Source: an uncultured Anaerolineales bacterium
GTDB taxonomy: Bacteria > Chloroflexota > Anaerolineae > Anaerolineales > UBA11579
DNA length: 53,975 nt
Reading direction: 5' to 3'
Assembly (NCBI GenBank): GCA_965370435.1
Contig: CBDUUP010000001.1
Span: 1-53,975 of the forward strand
Shown piece by piece: positions 17,310 through 25,780 of the stretch (position 1 is its first letter; each line of letters begins with the position of its first letter). The notes beneath the pieces were generated by a model that saw only the letters and a program-made list of their open reading frames with translations, ran no database searches and was not told the DNA's origin. Both the position numbers and the translations under genes were made by a program.

Positions 17310-19514
17310 ATGAAACCCGAATCAAAGCAATACCAAGTCGAAGTGGGCGGTAAAACGCTCATCTTCGAAACCGGCACATTGGCCGAGCAAGCCGGAGGCG
17401 CTGTCACCGTGCGTCTGGGCGACTCGGTGATGTTCTGCGCCGCCACCATGGGCGATCCGCGACCCATCAATTTCTTCCCCCTCACCATAGACTACGAAGA
17501 ACGCCTGTACGCCGGCGGGCGCATCCCCGGCTCGTTTTTCCGCCGGGAGGGCCGCCCCACCGAGAACGCCATCCTCACGGCTCGTCTCACCGACCGCCCC
17601 TTGCGCCCGCTCTTCCCCAAGGACATGCGCAACGAAGTGCAGGTGATTCTCTATTCGTTCTCCGCGGACGGCGAAAACCTGCTTGACATCCTGGCGCTCA
17701 ACGCCGCCTCCACCGCGGTGATGATCTCCGACATCCCCTGGAATGGGCCGGTGGGCGCCGTGCGGGTAGGCCGGGTCGAAGGGGAATTCGTCATCAACCC
17801 CACCTACGCCGAACTAGAAGAATCCGACCTGGACCTGCGCCTGGCCGGAACCCGGGAGGCCATCCTGATGGTCGAGGCCGGGGCCTTAGAAGTCTCCGAA
17901 GAGGTGATGGTGGAGGCTCTGGAAGTAGGCCATAAGGCCATCCAGCCCATCATTGACCTCCAGCTTCAAATGGTCGCCGAGCTTGGCAAGGAAAAACGAG
18001 AATACCCTCCCGTCACCATAGAAGAGACCCTGTTGGAGGACGTTTTCGGGCGAACCGATGCCAAGCTTCAAGGCATCCTGGACCAAACATTGACCAAAGG
18101 CGAGCAAGTGAAAGCCACCAACGCCCTGCGAGACGAGATCGTGGAGGCCTTCACCGCTGAGAACGCCGAAATAACCGAAACTGAGATCAAGGACATCAAA
18201 GAGGCTTTCTACGCCGCCAACAAGAAGGTAGTGCGCAGCCGCATCCTGGATGAGGGCAAGCGCCCCGACGGACGCCAGGCCACGGACGTCCGGGCCATCT
18301 GGTCGGAGATCGAGATCAGCCCCAAAGCCCACGGCTCCGGCTTGTTCACCCGCGGCTCCACCCAGGTGCTGACTGTCGCCGCATTAGGCACCCCGCGGGA
18401 AGCCCAGATCATGGATAACCTGACCCCGGTGGAGACCAAACGCTTCATCCACCACTACAACTTCCCGCCCTTCTCCGTGGGCGAGGCCCGTTTCCTGCGA
18501 GGGGCTTCGCGCCGGGAGATCGGACACGGCCTATTGGCCGAGCGGGCCTTAATGCCCGTCATCCCCCCGGAAGACGAGTTCCCCTACACCATACGCCTGG
18601 TATCGGAGTGCCTTTCTTCCAACGGCTCCACCTCCATGGGATCGGTGTGCGGCTCTACACTGGCCTTGATGGACACCGGCGTGCCCATTAAAGCGCCGGT
18701 ATCGGGCATCGCCATGGGCTTGATCAAAGAAGGCGACAACTACGCCATTCTGAGCGACATCCAGGGCATGGAAGATCACCTGGGCGACATGGACTTCAAA
18801 GTAGCGGGGACCGACAAAGGCATCACCGCCCTGCAAATGGACATCAAAATCTCCGGGGTAACCCGGGAGATCATGACCCAGGCGCTGGCCCAGGCCAAAG
18901 AAGGGCGTTCCCACATCCTCAACAAAATGCTGGAAACCATCTCTGCCCCGCGCCCGGAACTGAAGCCCCACGTCCCCCGCATCACCACCATCAAAGTCCC
19001 CATTGAAAAGATCGGCGCCATCATCGGCCCAGGCGGGAAGAACATCCGAGCTTTGCAAGAGGAGACCAACACCAAGATAGACATCGGCGATGACGGCACC
19101 GTCTTCATCGCTGCCGTAGACGGCGAAGGGGAGGCTGCGGCCCGTGAGCGGATCGCCGCTCTCACCGAATCGCCCGAAATTGGCCGCATCTATACCGGCA
19201 AGGTCGTGCGCACCACCGATTTCGGCGCTTTCGTCGAGATCCTGCCCGGTACCGACGGGCTGGTCCACATCTCCCAATTGGACAGCGAGCGGGTTGAAAA
19301 GGTGGAAGACATCGCCCGGCTGGGCGAAGAGATCACCGTGATGGTGACCAACATAGACCCCATGGGCAAGGTGCGGCTCTCCCGCCAGGCGGTGTTGGAA
19401 GGCTGGACCGCCGAGGAAGCCCGCGAGCGCGATAAACCCAAGCGCAGCAGTGGAGGCGGCCGACGCCAGGGCGGACGGCGGGGCGGCGGCGACCGAAACC
19501 GCAACAGACGCTAG
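17310..19514 (+). CDS. pnp: polynucleotide phosphorylase
   Basis: 734 aa with two RNase PH domains, then KH ([16 protein letters not shown]) and S1 ([23 protein letters not shown]). An Arg/Gly-rich C-terminal tail is present. Confidence 0.95.
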   Translation: MKPESKQYQVEVGGKTLIFETGTLAEQAGGAVTVRLGDSVMFCAATMGDPRPINFFPLTIDYEERLYAGGRIPGSFFRREGRPTENAILTARLTDRPLRPLFPKDMRNEVQVILYSFSADGENLLDILALNAASTAVMISDIPWNGPVGAVRVGRVEGEFVINPTYAELEESDLDLRLAGTREAILMVEAGALEVSEEVMVEALEVGHKAIQPIIDLQLQMVAELGKEKREYPPVTIEETLLEDVFGRTDAKLQGILDQTLTKGEQVKATNALRDEIVEAFTAENAEITETEIKDIKEAFYAANKKVVRSRILDEGKRPDGRQATDVRAIWSEIEISPKAHGSGLFTRGSTQVLTVAALGTPREAQIMDNLTPVETKRFIHHYNFPPFSVGEARFLRGASRREIGHGLLAERALMPVIPPEDEFPYTIRLVSECLSSNGSTSMGSVCGSTLALMDTGVPIKAPVSGIAMGLIKEGDNYAILSDIQGMEDHLGDMDFKVAGTDKGITALQMDIKISGVTREIMTQALAQAKEGRSHILNKMLETISAPRPELKPHVPRITTIKVPIEKIGAIIGPGGKNIRALQEETNTKIDIGDDGTVFIAAVDGEGEAAARERIAALTESPEIGRIYTGKVVRTTDFGAFVEILPGTDGLVHISQLDSERVEKVEDIARLGEEITVMVTNIDPMGKVRLSRQAVLEGWTAEEARERDKPKRSSGGGRRQGGRRGGGDRNRNRR

Positions 19515-19539
19515 GCTAGTTAGACTTAACCAATCTAAA

Positions 19540-19573
19540 AGAGCGAGGCCGTTTCCGGTCTCGCTCTTTTTTT
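19540..19573 (+). terminator. intrinsic terminator of pnp
   Basis: agagcgag...ctcgctct forms the stem, with inner gcc/ggt pairs. Seven T follow. Confidence 0.75.
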
Positions 19574-19590
19574 CGCGCCCAGGCAAACAT

Positions 19591-19631
19591 AAAAGACCCC
19601 TCCCGCATGGCAACGGCGGGAGGGGTTTCTT
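19591..19631. terminator. bidirectional hairpin terminator
   Basis: cccctcccgc (19597-19606) pairs with gcgggagggg (19616-19625). An A-run lies on the left and a T-rich run on the right. It serves the minus-strand gene ending at 19656. Confidence 0.6.
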
Positions 19632-19655
19632 AATTCAAGCTATCTTGATCTGGGA

Positions 19656-21713
19656 TCAACCCCCCAGCAACCAAGCGACGGCGTTGAGGGCCAAGAGGGA
19701 TTGCATGTCCTCAGGAAAACGGTAGAGGGCGACCAAGGCGATGACCAGGCGTTGGTCTACCACATTGTCATGAATGGCGACGACGACGGGCACTCCAGAT
19801 TGGGGACTTGAGGGACCCCGAGATAAGATCAGGCCAATATCTGCGTCAAACCCGGCAAATAAGCTTTCATCGAAAATATAGGCCGGGGCGCCGCTCTGGG
19901 AGGGAGAAAGAGAGATCACCGCGCCGCTCCCTAACCCAGCGCCCAGGGGATGGAATGCATCGGTAACTTCAAGGTCGCTGAGAGCGGCAGTATTCCCCAT
20001 AGGGAAAGACTGGCTGCCCATGAACATGATAGGTCCTTCAACCAGAAGCATTGATAAGATGGTATTGAAATCATCTTCGTTGTTAATGAAGTCGATAACG
20101 GAATCTCCAGAGTCGTAGATATGCAGGTCATAGCCTATCAGGTCATTCTCGGTAGGGATGCCGTCCAGACTGGTGGACCATATCGTCACGTCATAGGAAG
20201 CGCCCAGGATGAGGGATAATTCTGCCGCGCTGTTGCGGCCGCCCCCTGAGCCGTCATCATCGGAGAGGATGAAGATACTCCCGCCCGCGCCGCCTGTGCC
20301 GCCGTTTCCGTCGTCCGTATCGGTGTCCAGGCCGCCGGTAGGAGCTTTCCCAGTGGAGCAGAGCATCACCGCGCCGGTTTCCACACAGCCGCCGAAATCA
20401 TCGTACAGCAGCCGCTCCAAAGCTTCAATGGCTGTCTCGCCATCTTCCGCCAGAGCCAGGACCACGATCTGGTCGCCGCTGCGATCCACGATGAACAGGG
20501 TGATGCCTTCCAGTTCAAGAGCGCCCAACCCGGCCACATGGACGGTGCCTTCATTCAGTTCAATGGCGACATCGGCGGTCTCCAGATAGCCTTCCACCGA
20601 CTCTAGATCACTGTAGGTGCCCACCAGGAGCGCATCGTGGCTGGGGTCAGCTTGGTCGGTCAGGCGGAGGGAAAGTCCCGCCTGGGCAAACAGCGCTTGC
20701 AGGTTGTCCATGCGCACCACCAGCCGCGGGTCGATCACCTCTCCGGCGATCTGGGACAGGTCAACCGGTTTTTCGTAGAGATAGGGGAATTCGGTCAGAG
20801 ACCAGTCCCGGGTGTCGGTCGCCAGCCAGTCGGCGATGTTGCTCATGAAGCGGTCGTTATCGGCGATGGTGTTGTAGGGCGCGATGAGGAAGGTCAGGTC
20901 GCCCAGGGCCAAGAAACGGCCCTCGCCGGCCAGGACCGCCGGAGTGAGTCCAGTCTCCCCGGTACGGATGGGCGATAGGGTATCGTCATCGCCCAGGATG
21001 AGCGGCGGGGACTCAGTTTTCAGGGAGTGAGCGGCGAAGAATACCACCTTATCCAGCCCGTCGGTGAGGGCGTTATCCTCAGGGAAGGTGGAAAAGCCCA
21101 CGTTGCGGTAATTGCCTTCGTTCACCACCAGGTTGTAGAGATAGTCGTTGTAGTAGGTGACCCCGAAGAGTTCGGCCAGGCTGTTGGCCGCCGGGACCGC
21201 GCTTTCGGGGAACAGGGCGGAGTACAGATCCTGGTACTGGGGTTCTATGATCGTAGCGGTGCGGGTGGGGTCAGCCACCAGAAGCACCCGCCCGCCGTCG
21301 GCCACGAAGTCCAGCAAGGCGGTTTGTTCGACGGGGGTGAAGATGTAGGTGGGGGCCAGCACAACGTAGGCGGAGGCTCCCCGCAGCGCGTCGGCCAGCT
21401 TGCCAGTCCCTTCATGCACTTCAACCACCGCGCCCCGCGCAGCCAAACGGTCGCGCAGCGGGGTCAGGTCGTCAATCCTCAGGTTGTTTCGGTGATCCAT
21501 ATCTATGACCACCCGCCCGCCCTCCGCCAGAGCTACGTCCTGATAAGGATTGTATTCCGGCGGGGCGGCGATGATGTCATCCACGTCCAGGGTGGCGATC
21601 TCGGGGGCAGCGTATCCGCCCCGGTGGAAGATGAGCCATCGTCCGCCAAAAGGCAGGATGAATAGGAAGGCGAGCAGAAGCAAGAACACCAGGTTAGTTA
21701 TCGTTTTCTTCAT
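19656..21713 (-). CDS. exported protein, DUF4350/GldG-like N-terminal domain
   Basis: 685 aa with an N-terminal signal anchor. The segment YVVLAPTYIFTPVEQTALLDFVADGGRVLLVADP is typical of that fold. Its ATG overlaps the sppA stop (ATGA). Confidence 0.45.
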   Translation of the reverse strand: MKKTITNLVFLLLLAFLFILPFGGRWLIFHRGGYAAPEIATLDVDDIIAAPPEYNPYQDVALAEGGRVVIDMDHRNNLRIDDLTPLRDRLAARGAVVEVHEGTGKLADALRGASAYVVLAPTYIFTPVEQTALLDFVADGGRVLLVADPTRTATIIEPQYQDLYSALFPESAVPAANSLAELFGVTYYNDYLYNLVVNEGNYRNVGFSTFPEDNALTDGLDKVVFFAAHSLKTESPPLILGDDDTLSPIRTGETGLTPAVLAGEGRFLALGDLTFLIAPYNTIADNDRFMSNIADWLATDTRDWSLTEFPYLYEKPVDLSQIAGEVIDPRLVVRMDNLQALFAQAGLSLRLTDQADPSHDALLVGTYSDLESVEGYLETADVAIELNEGTVHVAGLGALELEGITLFIVDRSGDQIVVLALAEDGETAIEALERLLYDDFGGCVETGAVMLCSTGKAPTGGLDTDTDDGNGGTGGAGGSIFILSDDDGSGGGRNSAAELSLILGASYDVTIWSTSLDGIPTENDLIGYDLHIYDSGDSVIDFINNEDDFNTILSMLLVEGPIMFMGSQSFPMGNTAALSDLEVTDAFHPLGAGLGSGAVISLSPSQSGAPAYIFDESLFAGFDADIGLILSRGPSSPQSGVPVVVAIHDNVVDQRLVIALVALYRFPEDMQSLLALNAVAWLLGG

Positions 21714-22603
21714 TTCTCACCTCCCAGCCGCACGTCGTAGAGCAAGTAGATGCCCGGCGGCAGGTTGCGCTCCCGGGTCACCGGGTCGGCGGCGCCGACC
21801 CAGGGATCCGCCTGGTAATAGTAGAGGTCGCCGTAGATCTCTTCGTAGATGATGGCTTCGATGTCGATCACTTCATAATTGATGATCTTGGCCTGGGCGG
21901 CGGCTTCGGCAATCGCGTCCGCCTGGGTGCCGATAGCATCAATCAGTCCCAGCATGACGGCCTCCCGCCCGGCGTAGGCCAGGCCCTGGGTGATCTCATC
22001 ATCGGCCATGGTCAGCCGGTCGCCTCGCTGGCTGGTCACGGTTTCCAGGAACTCTCGCTTGATGCCTTCAATCTCCCGGGAGAATTCTTCCGGGTTGGTG
22101 GCGGAGAGTTTGAAGGGGCCGCTGGCCAGAACCAGGTCGTTGACGGCGTATTCATAGGGGAAGTAGCCCCACACGCCGACGTTGCCCACCGTGGAGGAGG
22201 GCATGGCGTAGATGGGGTCGGCGGCCATGGCGGAGTAGTAGCCTCCGCTGGCGGCCCAACTGCCTATCACGCCGACCACCGGCATCTCGGCTCGCAGGCT
22301 CTGCACGGCGAGGAAGATCTTCTGGGTGGAGACCACGCCCCCGCCGGGGGAGTCGATGACGAAGACCACCGCTTTCACCTGGGGCATCTCGCGGACTTTC
22401 TCGACTTGAGCGATCAGGTAATCGGCAGTGAACGAATAGATGTCGCCTTCCAGCTTGATGATGCCGACCGCCGGGCGGGGCACCACCTTTCGCGACAGCC
22501 ACCAGCCCAACATCAGGACCACAATGAGGATGAGTATCCTCCACAGCAGTCCCCAGCCAGAGGCGGACGAGGGGGGAGTTTGTTCAATCGTCTCAGTTTC
22601 CAT
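21710..22603 (-). CDS. sppA: signal peptide peptidase SppA (S49 family, 36K type)
   Basis: VFVIDSPGGGV and WAASGGYY motifs. ATG 22603 is preceded by AAGGAGAAAGG. ATG 22654 is the alternative. Confidence 0.8.
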   Translation of the reverse strand: METETIEQTPPSSASGWGLLWRILILIVVLMLGWWLSRKVVPRPAVGIIKLEGDIYSFTADYLIAQVEKVREMPQVKAVVFVIDSPGGGVVSTQKIFLAVQSLRAEMPVVGVIGSWAASGGYYSAMAADPIYAMPSSTVGNVGVWGYFPYEYAVNDLVLASGPFKLSATNPEEFSREIEGIKREFLETVTSQRGDRLTMADDEITQGLAYAGREAVMLGLIDAIGTQADAIAEAAAQAKIINYEVIDIEAIIYEEIYGDLYYYQADPWVGAADPVTRERNLPPGIYLLYDVRLGGEK

Positions 22604-22677
22604 ATTTAGCGCCTTTCTCCTTGTGTAGTGGATAGGATGAGGGTAGTTTACCATAGAGCGGGGATTTGGATGGTCAG

Positions 22678-22695
22678 AATGTTGCGGGGAAATGG
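22678..22695. repeat. 18-bp direct repeat, copy 1 (aatgttgcggggaaatgg)
   Basis: Identical to 22968-22985. Confidence 0.85.
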
Positions 22696-22760
22696 GCGGG
22701 TTGCAGATTGGAAGGTTGAACGTTGAAGGTTGGCAAGTTGCAAATTGCAGGTTATGGTGT
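22696..22760. repeat. tile repeat, left inverted arm of the SIR2-TPR bracket (A2)
   Basis: It contains ttggaaggttgaacgttgaaggttg (22708-22732). The exact reverse complement lies at 24951-24975. Confidence 0.8.
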
Positions 22761-22830
22761 TTTTGGGCGGAATAAAATCTATTCAGTTACAGCAGCGGTT
22801 ATTGAAAATTTATTGACCTGGGTTTGTGAT

Positions 22831-22936
22831 GGGTGCAGTTCAGTTTAGGGGTAATCGGCGACTGAAGTCGCACCAACAACTGCGAAGTCCGCCCCTTCGG
22901 GGTGAACCTCAGGACGAGGCCTTCGGCGGACTGAAA
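22831..22936. repeat. partial copy (E1) of the foldback element at 27185-27352
   Basis: gggtgcagttcagttt matches the start of E2. gcgactgaagtcgcaccaacaactgcgaagtccgcc matches 27221-27256 at 34 of 36 positions. The right half of the element is missing. Confidence 0.65.
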
Positions 22937-22967
22937 TCTCTTGTAGTCGGCGAAGGCTGGCTTGGTT

Positions 22968-22985
22968 AATGTTGCGGGGAAATGG
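22968..22985. repeat. 18-bp direct repeat, copy 2
   Basis: Identical to 22678-22695. Confidence 0.85.
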
Positions 22986-23000
22986 AAATTAGTGTATATT
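22972..23000 (+). promoter_or_regulatory. candidate promoter TTGCGG-N17-TATATT for SIR2-TPR gene
   Basis: The spacing is 17 nt. GGAG SD at 23026-23029. Confidence 0.3.
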
Positions 23001-23037
23001 ATTGAGGAGAATAGTAGCTAAAGGCTTGGAGACTGAT

Positions 23038-24843
23038 ATGCAACGATCACTTGACGATGTTGTCGAAACCCTCAAAAAAGCTAGAGAACGAGAGAGAAAA
23101 TGTGCACTGTTGATTGGCGCGGGATGTTCGGTCAAGGCGGGGATTCCTCTCGCCGGTGAATTTGTTGAAATTATCGAAAAACAATTTTCTCGCGCCTACC
23201 GCCGGGCAGAGAAAAATGGTGATGTTAGCTATCCTCACTGTATGCATGAAATTGCGCCAGGCGATAGGCATGATCTCATCGCCAAATATGTTGACGAGGC
23301 CAAGATCAACTGGGCGCACGTCGGCATCGCCCAATTAATGAAATTTGGCTACGTTGACCGCATTCTGACCACCAATTTCGACCCCCTCATTGTGCGAGCG
23401 TGTGCGTTAGTGGGCATTTTCCCCGCAGTTTACGATTTTGCCGCCTCACAAAGTTTCGATCCTGCCAGGATTAAAGGGCAGGCTATCTTCTACCTGCACG
23501 GCCAACGTTCGGGCTTCAAAATCTTGAACACCCCTGAAGAATGCGATATCCTTTCTACCCACCTTGCCCCCGTTTTCCAGGACGCTGGAAGCGGGCGGTC
23601 CTGGATCGTGGTGGGCTATAGCGGAGAAAATGACCCCGTCTTTGACCAATTGGCAGACGTTGAGTGCTTCGACCACAACCTTTATTGGGTGGGTAATAAG
23701 GATAACGAACCCGCTCTCCACTTACGAGAGCGTTTGCTGATCTCTGGTAAATACGCCCATTATGTCAATGGCTTTGACGCCGATGATTTCTTCGTCACTC
23801 TGGCACAGAAACTAGGTTGCTTTCCTCCCGATTTTGTGGGAGAACCTTTCACCCACCTGGATAATTTATTAGAAATGGTCACGCCCTATACGCTTCCTGG
23901 TCAAGATGCTGAAACGGATGTCACAAAAGACGCTCGTGACTTGATACAACGCGCGATTGAACGCTACGAAAGCGTGCCGGAGGTTATTGAACCGGAAGTA
24001 GCACTGGATGCTGTATCAACCACGGCGATGAAACTGCAATCTGTGCTCATGGCCGGAAAATATGATGAAATCATCGCCCAGGTCGCTGGAAGGGAAGGAG
24101 AGCTACCACCAGAATTCGTTTACTCTGTTACCTGGGCTTACGTTTATCAGGGCGATGCGCTCTCTGACCATGCCCTGACCAAATCCGGCCAAGAAGCCGA
24201 CCAACTCTTCGAACTAGCCGGGCAGAAATACCAGGCTGCCCTCGATATCAAACCCGATATGGACGAAGCCCTCTACAACTGGGGCAATGCGCTCTCTGAC
24301 CATGCCCTGACCAAATCCGGCGAAGAAGCCGACCAACTCTTCAAACTGTCCAGGCAGAAGTACCGGACTGCCTTCGATATCAAACCCGGCGACTTCGATA
24401 CTCTCTACAACTGGGGCTTTGTGCTCTCTGACCATGCCCGGACCAAATCCGGCGAAGAAGCCGACCAACTCTTTGAACTGGCCGGACAGAAATACCAGGC
24501 CGCCCTCGTTATCAAACCTGACGACCATGTTGTTCTCGACAATTGGGGAATGGCACTAAACGAGCAAGCCAAGACCAAGACAGGGAAGGAAGCCGACCGC
24601 CTTTACAAGGAGGCCAGGGAAAAATGTACACGAGCCAACGAAATTTCCCCAGGAAGTGGGTCGTACAACCTGGCTTGTCGCAGCGCGTTGATCGGCGAGG
24701 AAGAGGAATGCCGAAAATGGCTGGAGGACGCCTATCAACATGGGGAACTTGAATCTCGCGAGCACCTGGAGAACGATTCAGACATGGACAGCGTGCGTGA
24801 GAGGGAGTGGTTCAAGGAGTTTCTGGCGAAATTGGATGGGTGA
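23038..24843 (+). CDS. SIR2-like (SIR2_2-type) domain fused to TPR-like repeats
   Basis: N-terminal LLIGAGCSVKAGIPLAGEF, ILTTNFDPLI, FYLHGQ and VVGYSGENDP. The C-terminal part has 44-aa units (ALSDHALTKSGEEADQLF...YNWG) and a capping helix pair. The gene is visibly lower in GC than its flanks. Confidence 0.8.
   Translation: MQRSLDDVVETLKKARERERKCALLIGAGCSVKAGIPLAGEFVEIIEKQFSRAYRRAEKNGDVSYPHCMHEIAPGDRHDLIAKYVDEAKINWAHVGIAQLMKFGYVDRILTTNFDPLIVRACALVGIFPAVYDFAASQSFDPARIKGQAIFYLHGQRSGFKILNTPEECDILSTHLAPVFQDAGSGRSWIVVGYSGENDPVFDQLADVECFDHNLYWVGNKDNEPALHLRERLLISGKYAHYVNGFDADDFFVTLAQKLGCFPPDFVGEPFTHLDNLLEMVTPYTLPGQDAETDVTKDARDLIQRAIERYESVPEVIEPEVALDAVSTTAMKLQSVLMAGKYDEIIAQVAGREGELPPEFVYSVTWAYVYQGDALSDHALTKSGQEADQLFELAGQKYQAALDIKPDMDEALYNWGNALSDHALTKSGEEADQLFKLSRQKYRTAFDIKPGDFDTLYNWGFVLSDHARTKSGEEADQLFELAGQKYQAALVIKPDDHVVLDNWGMALNEQAKTKTGKEADRLYKEAREKCTRANEISPGSGSYNLACRSALIGEEEECRKWLEDAYQHGELESREHLENDSDMDSVREREWFKEFLAKLDG
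24157..24552 (+). repeat. 3 x 132-bp tandem coding repeats (4th, diverged unit to ~24684)
   Basis: Units start at 24157, 24289 and 24421. The first 54 nt of each unit are nearly identical. Confidence 0.85.
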
Positions 24844-24868
24844 TTGAGGTTCATATCTCAGTGCGATC

Positions 24869-24896
24869 AACGCCGTGTGGGGGAGCGGCGTTTTTT
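24869..24896 (+). terminator. intrinsic terminator of SIR2-TPR gene
   Basis: aacgccg pairs with cggcgtt across a 10-nt loop, followed by TTTTTT. Confidence 0.6.
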
Positions 24897-24911
24897 CTTT
24901 TCCCCCCACAA

Positions 24912-24986
24912 ACATCATTTGCCACTTGCAACTTGCCACTTGCCAACCTGCAACCTTCAACGTTCAACCTTCCAACTTTCAACCCT
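24912..24986. repeat. tile repeat, right inverted arm of the SIR2-TPR bracket (A3)
   Basis: It contains caaccttcaacgttcaaccttccaa (24951-24975) plus cttgcc words that mirror 22733-22752. Confidence 0.8.
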
Positions 24987-24996
24987 CTCTCCCCCC

Positions 24997-25025
24997 TTGA
25001 CAAACTCCGTTCATTCCTGTAAAAT
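24997..25025 (+). promoter_or_regulatory. promoter TTGACA-N17-TAAAAT for ArsR/MFS pair
   Basis: Consensus -35, 17-nt spacer and a good -10. Confidence 0.55.
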
Positions 25026-25069
25026 ATCTTCAATCATTCAAATTATTTCAAATGATTAGGAAATATCAA

Positions 25070-25735
25070 ATGTCTGACAAAATTCAAGCGGAAGAAACCC
25101 GCGTCATCTCCGACCTGGAAACCATCAAGGTCATGAGCGACCCGCTGCGGATCCAGATCATGGAATACGTCGCCACCGCCAACTGGGCCGGGGAACTGCG
25201 CACCGTCAAGCAGCTCGCCGAGCAGTTGGGCCTGACCCCCACCAAGCTCTACTACCACATCAACCTGCTGGAAAAGCACGACCTCCTCCAGGTGGCCGAC
25301 ACCCAGGTGGTCTCCGGCATCATCGAAAAACACTACCAGGTCAGCGCTTATGGCTACAAGGTGGATAAAAAACTGATCCCGACTCCCAACGACGCCGGGG
25401 GGGAGGAGAATCTCAACACCCTGATTGAGTTCGTGTCGGGCATCTTCAACTCCACCCTGGCGGACCTTCGCCGGGGGATACAGTCCGGGGCTATCAGCTT
25501 TCCCCAATCCGAAGATGATACTGAAAAAAAAGCCATCCTGGGCCGGAGATTCTGGCGCCTGCCGCCGGAAAACGTCCCCCTGGTCTACCAACGCATGCGT
25601 GACCTGATTGAAAGCTTCGAAGAACTGGAAACCGATGAAGGAGACCCCAACGCCTCCATCCACGCCCTGACCTTGGCGATGTATCCCCGCCAGGAGCCGC
25701 CAACATCTACTGAAAAAGACTCAACCAACGACTGA
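25070..25735 (+). CDS. ArsR-family winged-helix transcriptional regulator with C-terminal extension
   Basis: KVMSDPLRIQIMEYV...LAEQLGLTPTKLYYHINLLEKHDLL is an HTH. ATG 25070 follows AGGA. ATG 25052 is the alternative. Confidence 0.7.
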   Translation: MSDKIQAEETRVISDLETIKVMSDPLRIQIMEYVATANWAGELRTVKQLAEQLGLTPTKLYYHINLLEKHDLLQVADTQVVSGIIEKHYQVSAYGYKVDKKLIPTPNDAGGEENLNTLIEFVSGIFNSTLADLRRGIQSGAISFPQSEDDTEKKAILGRRFWRLPPENVPLVYQRMRDLIESFEELETDEGDPNASIHALTLAMYPRQEPPTSTEKDSTND

Positions 25736-25780
25736 GCGGTTGAACCGCTCAACCATCTTAGTTCAAGGAGATAACATAAC

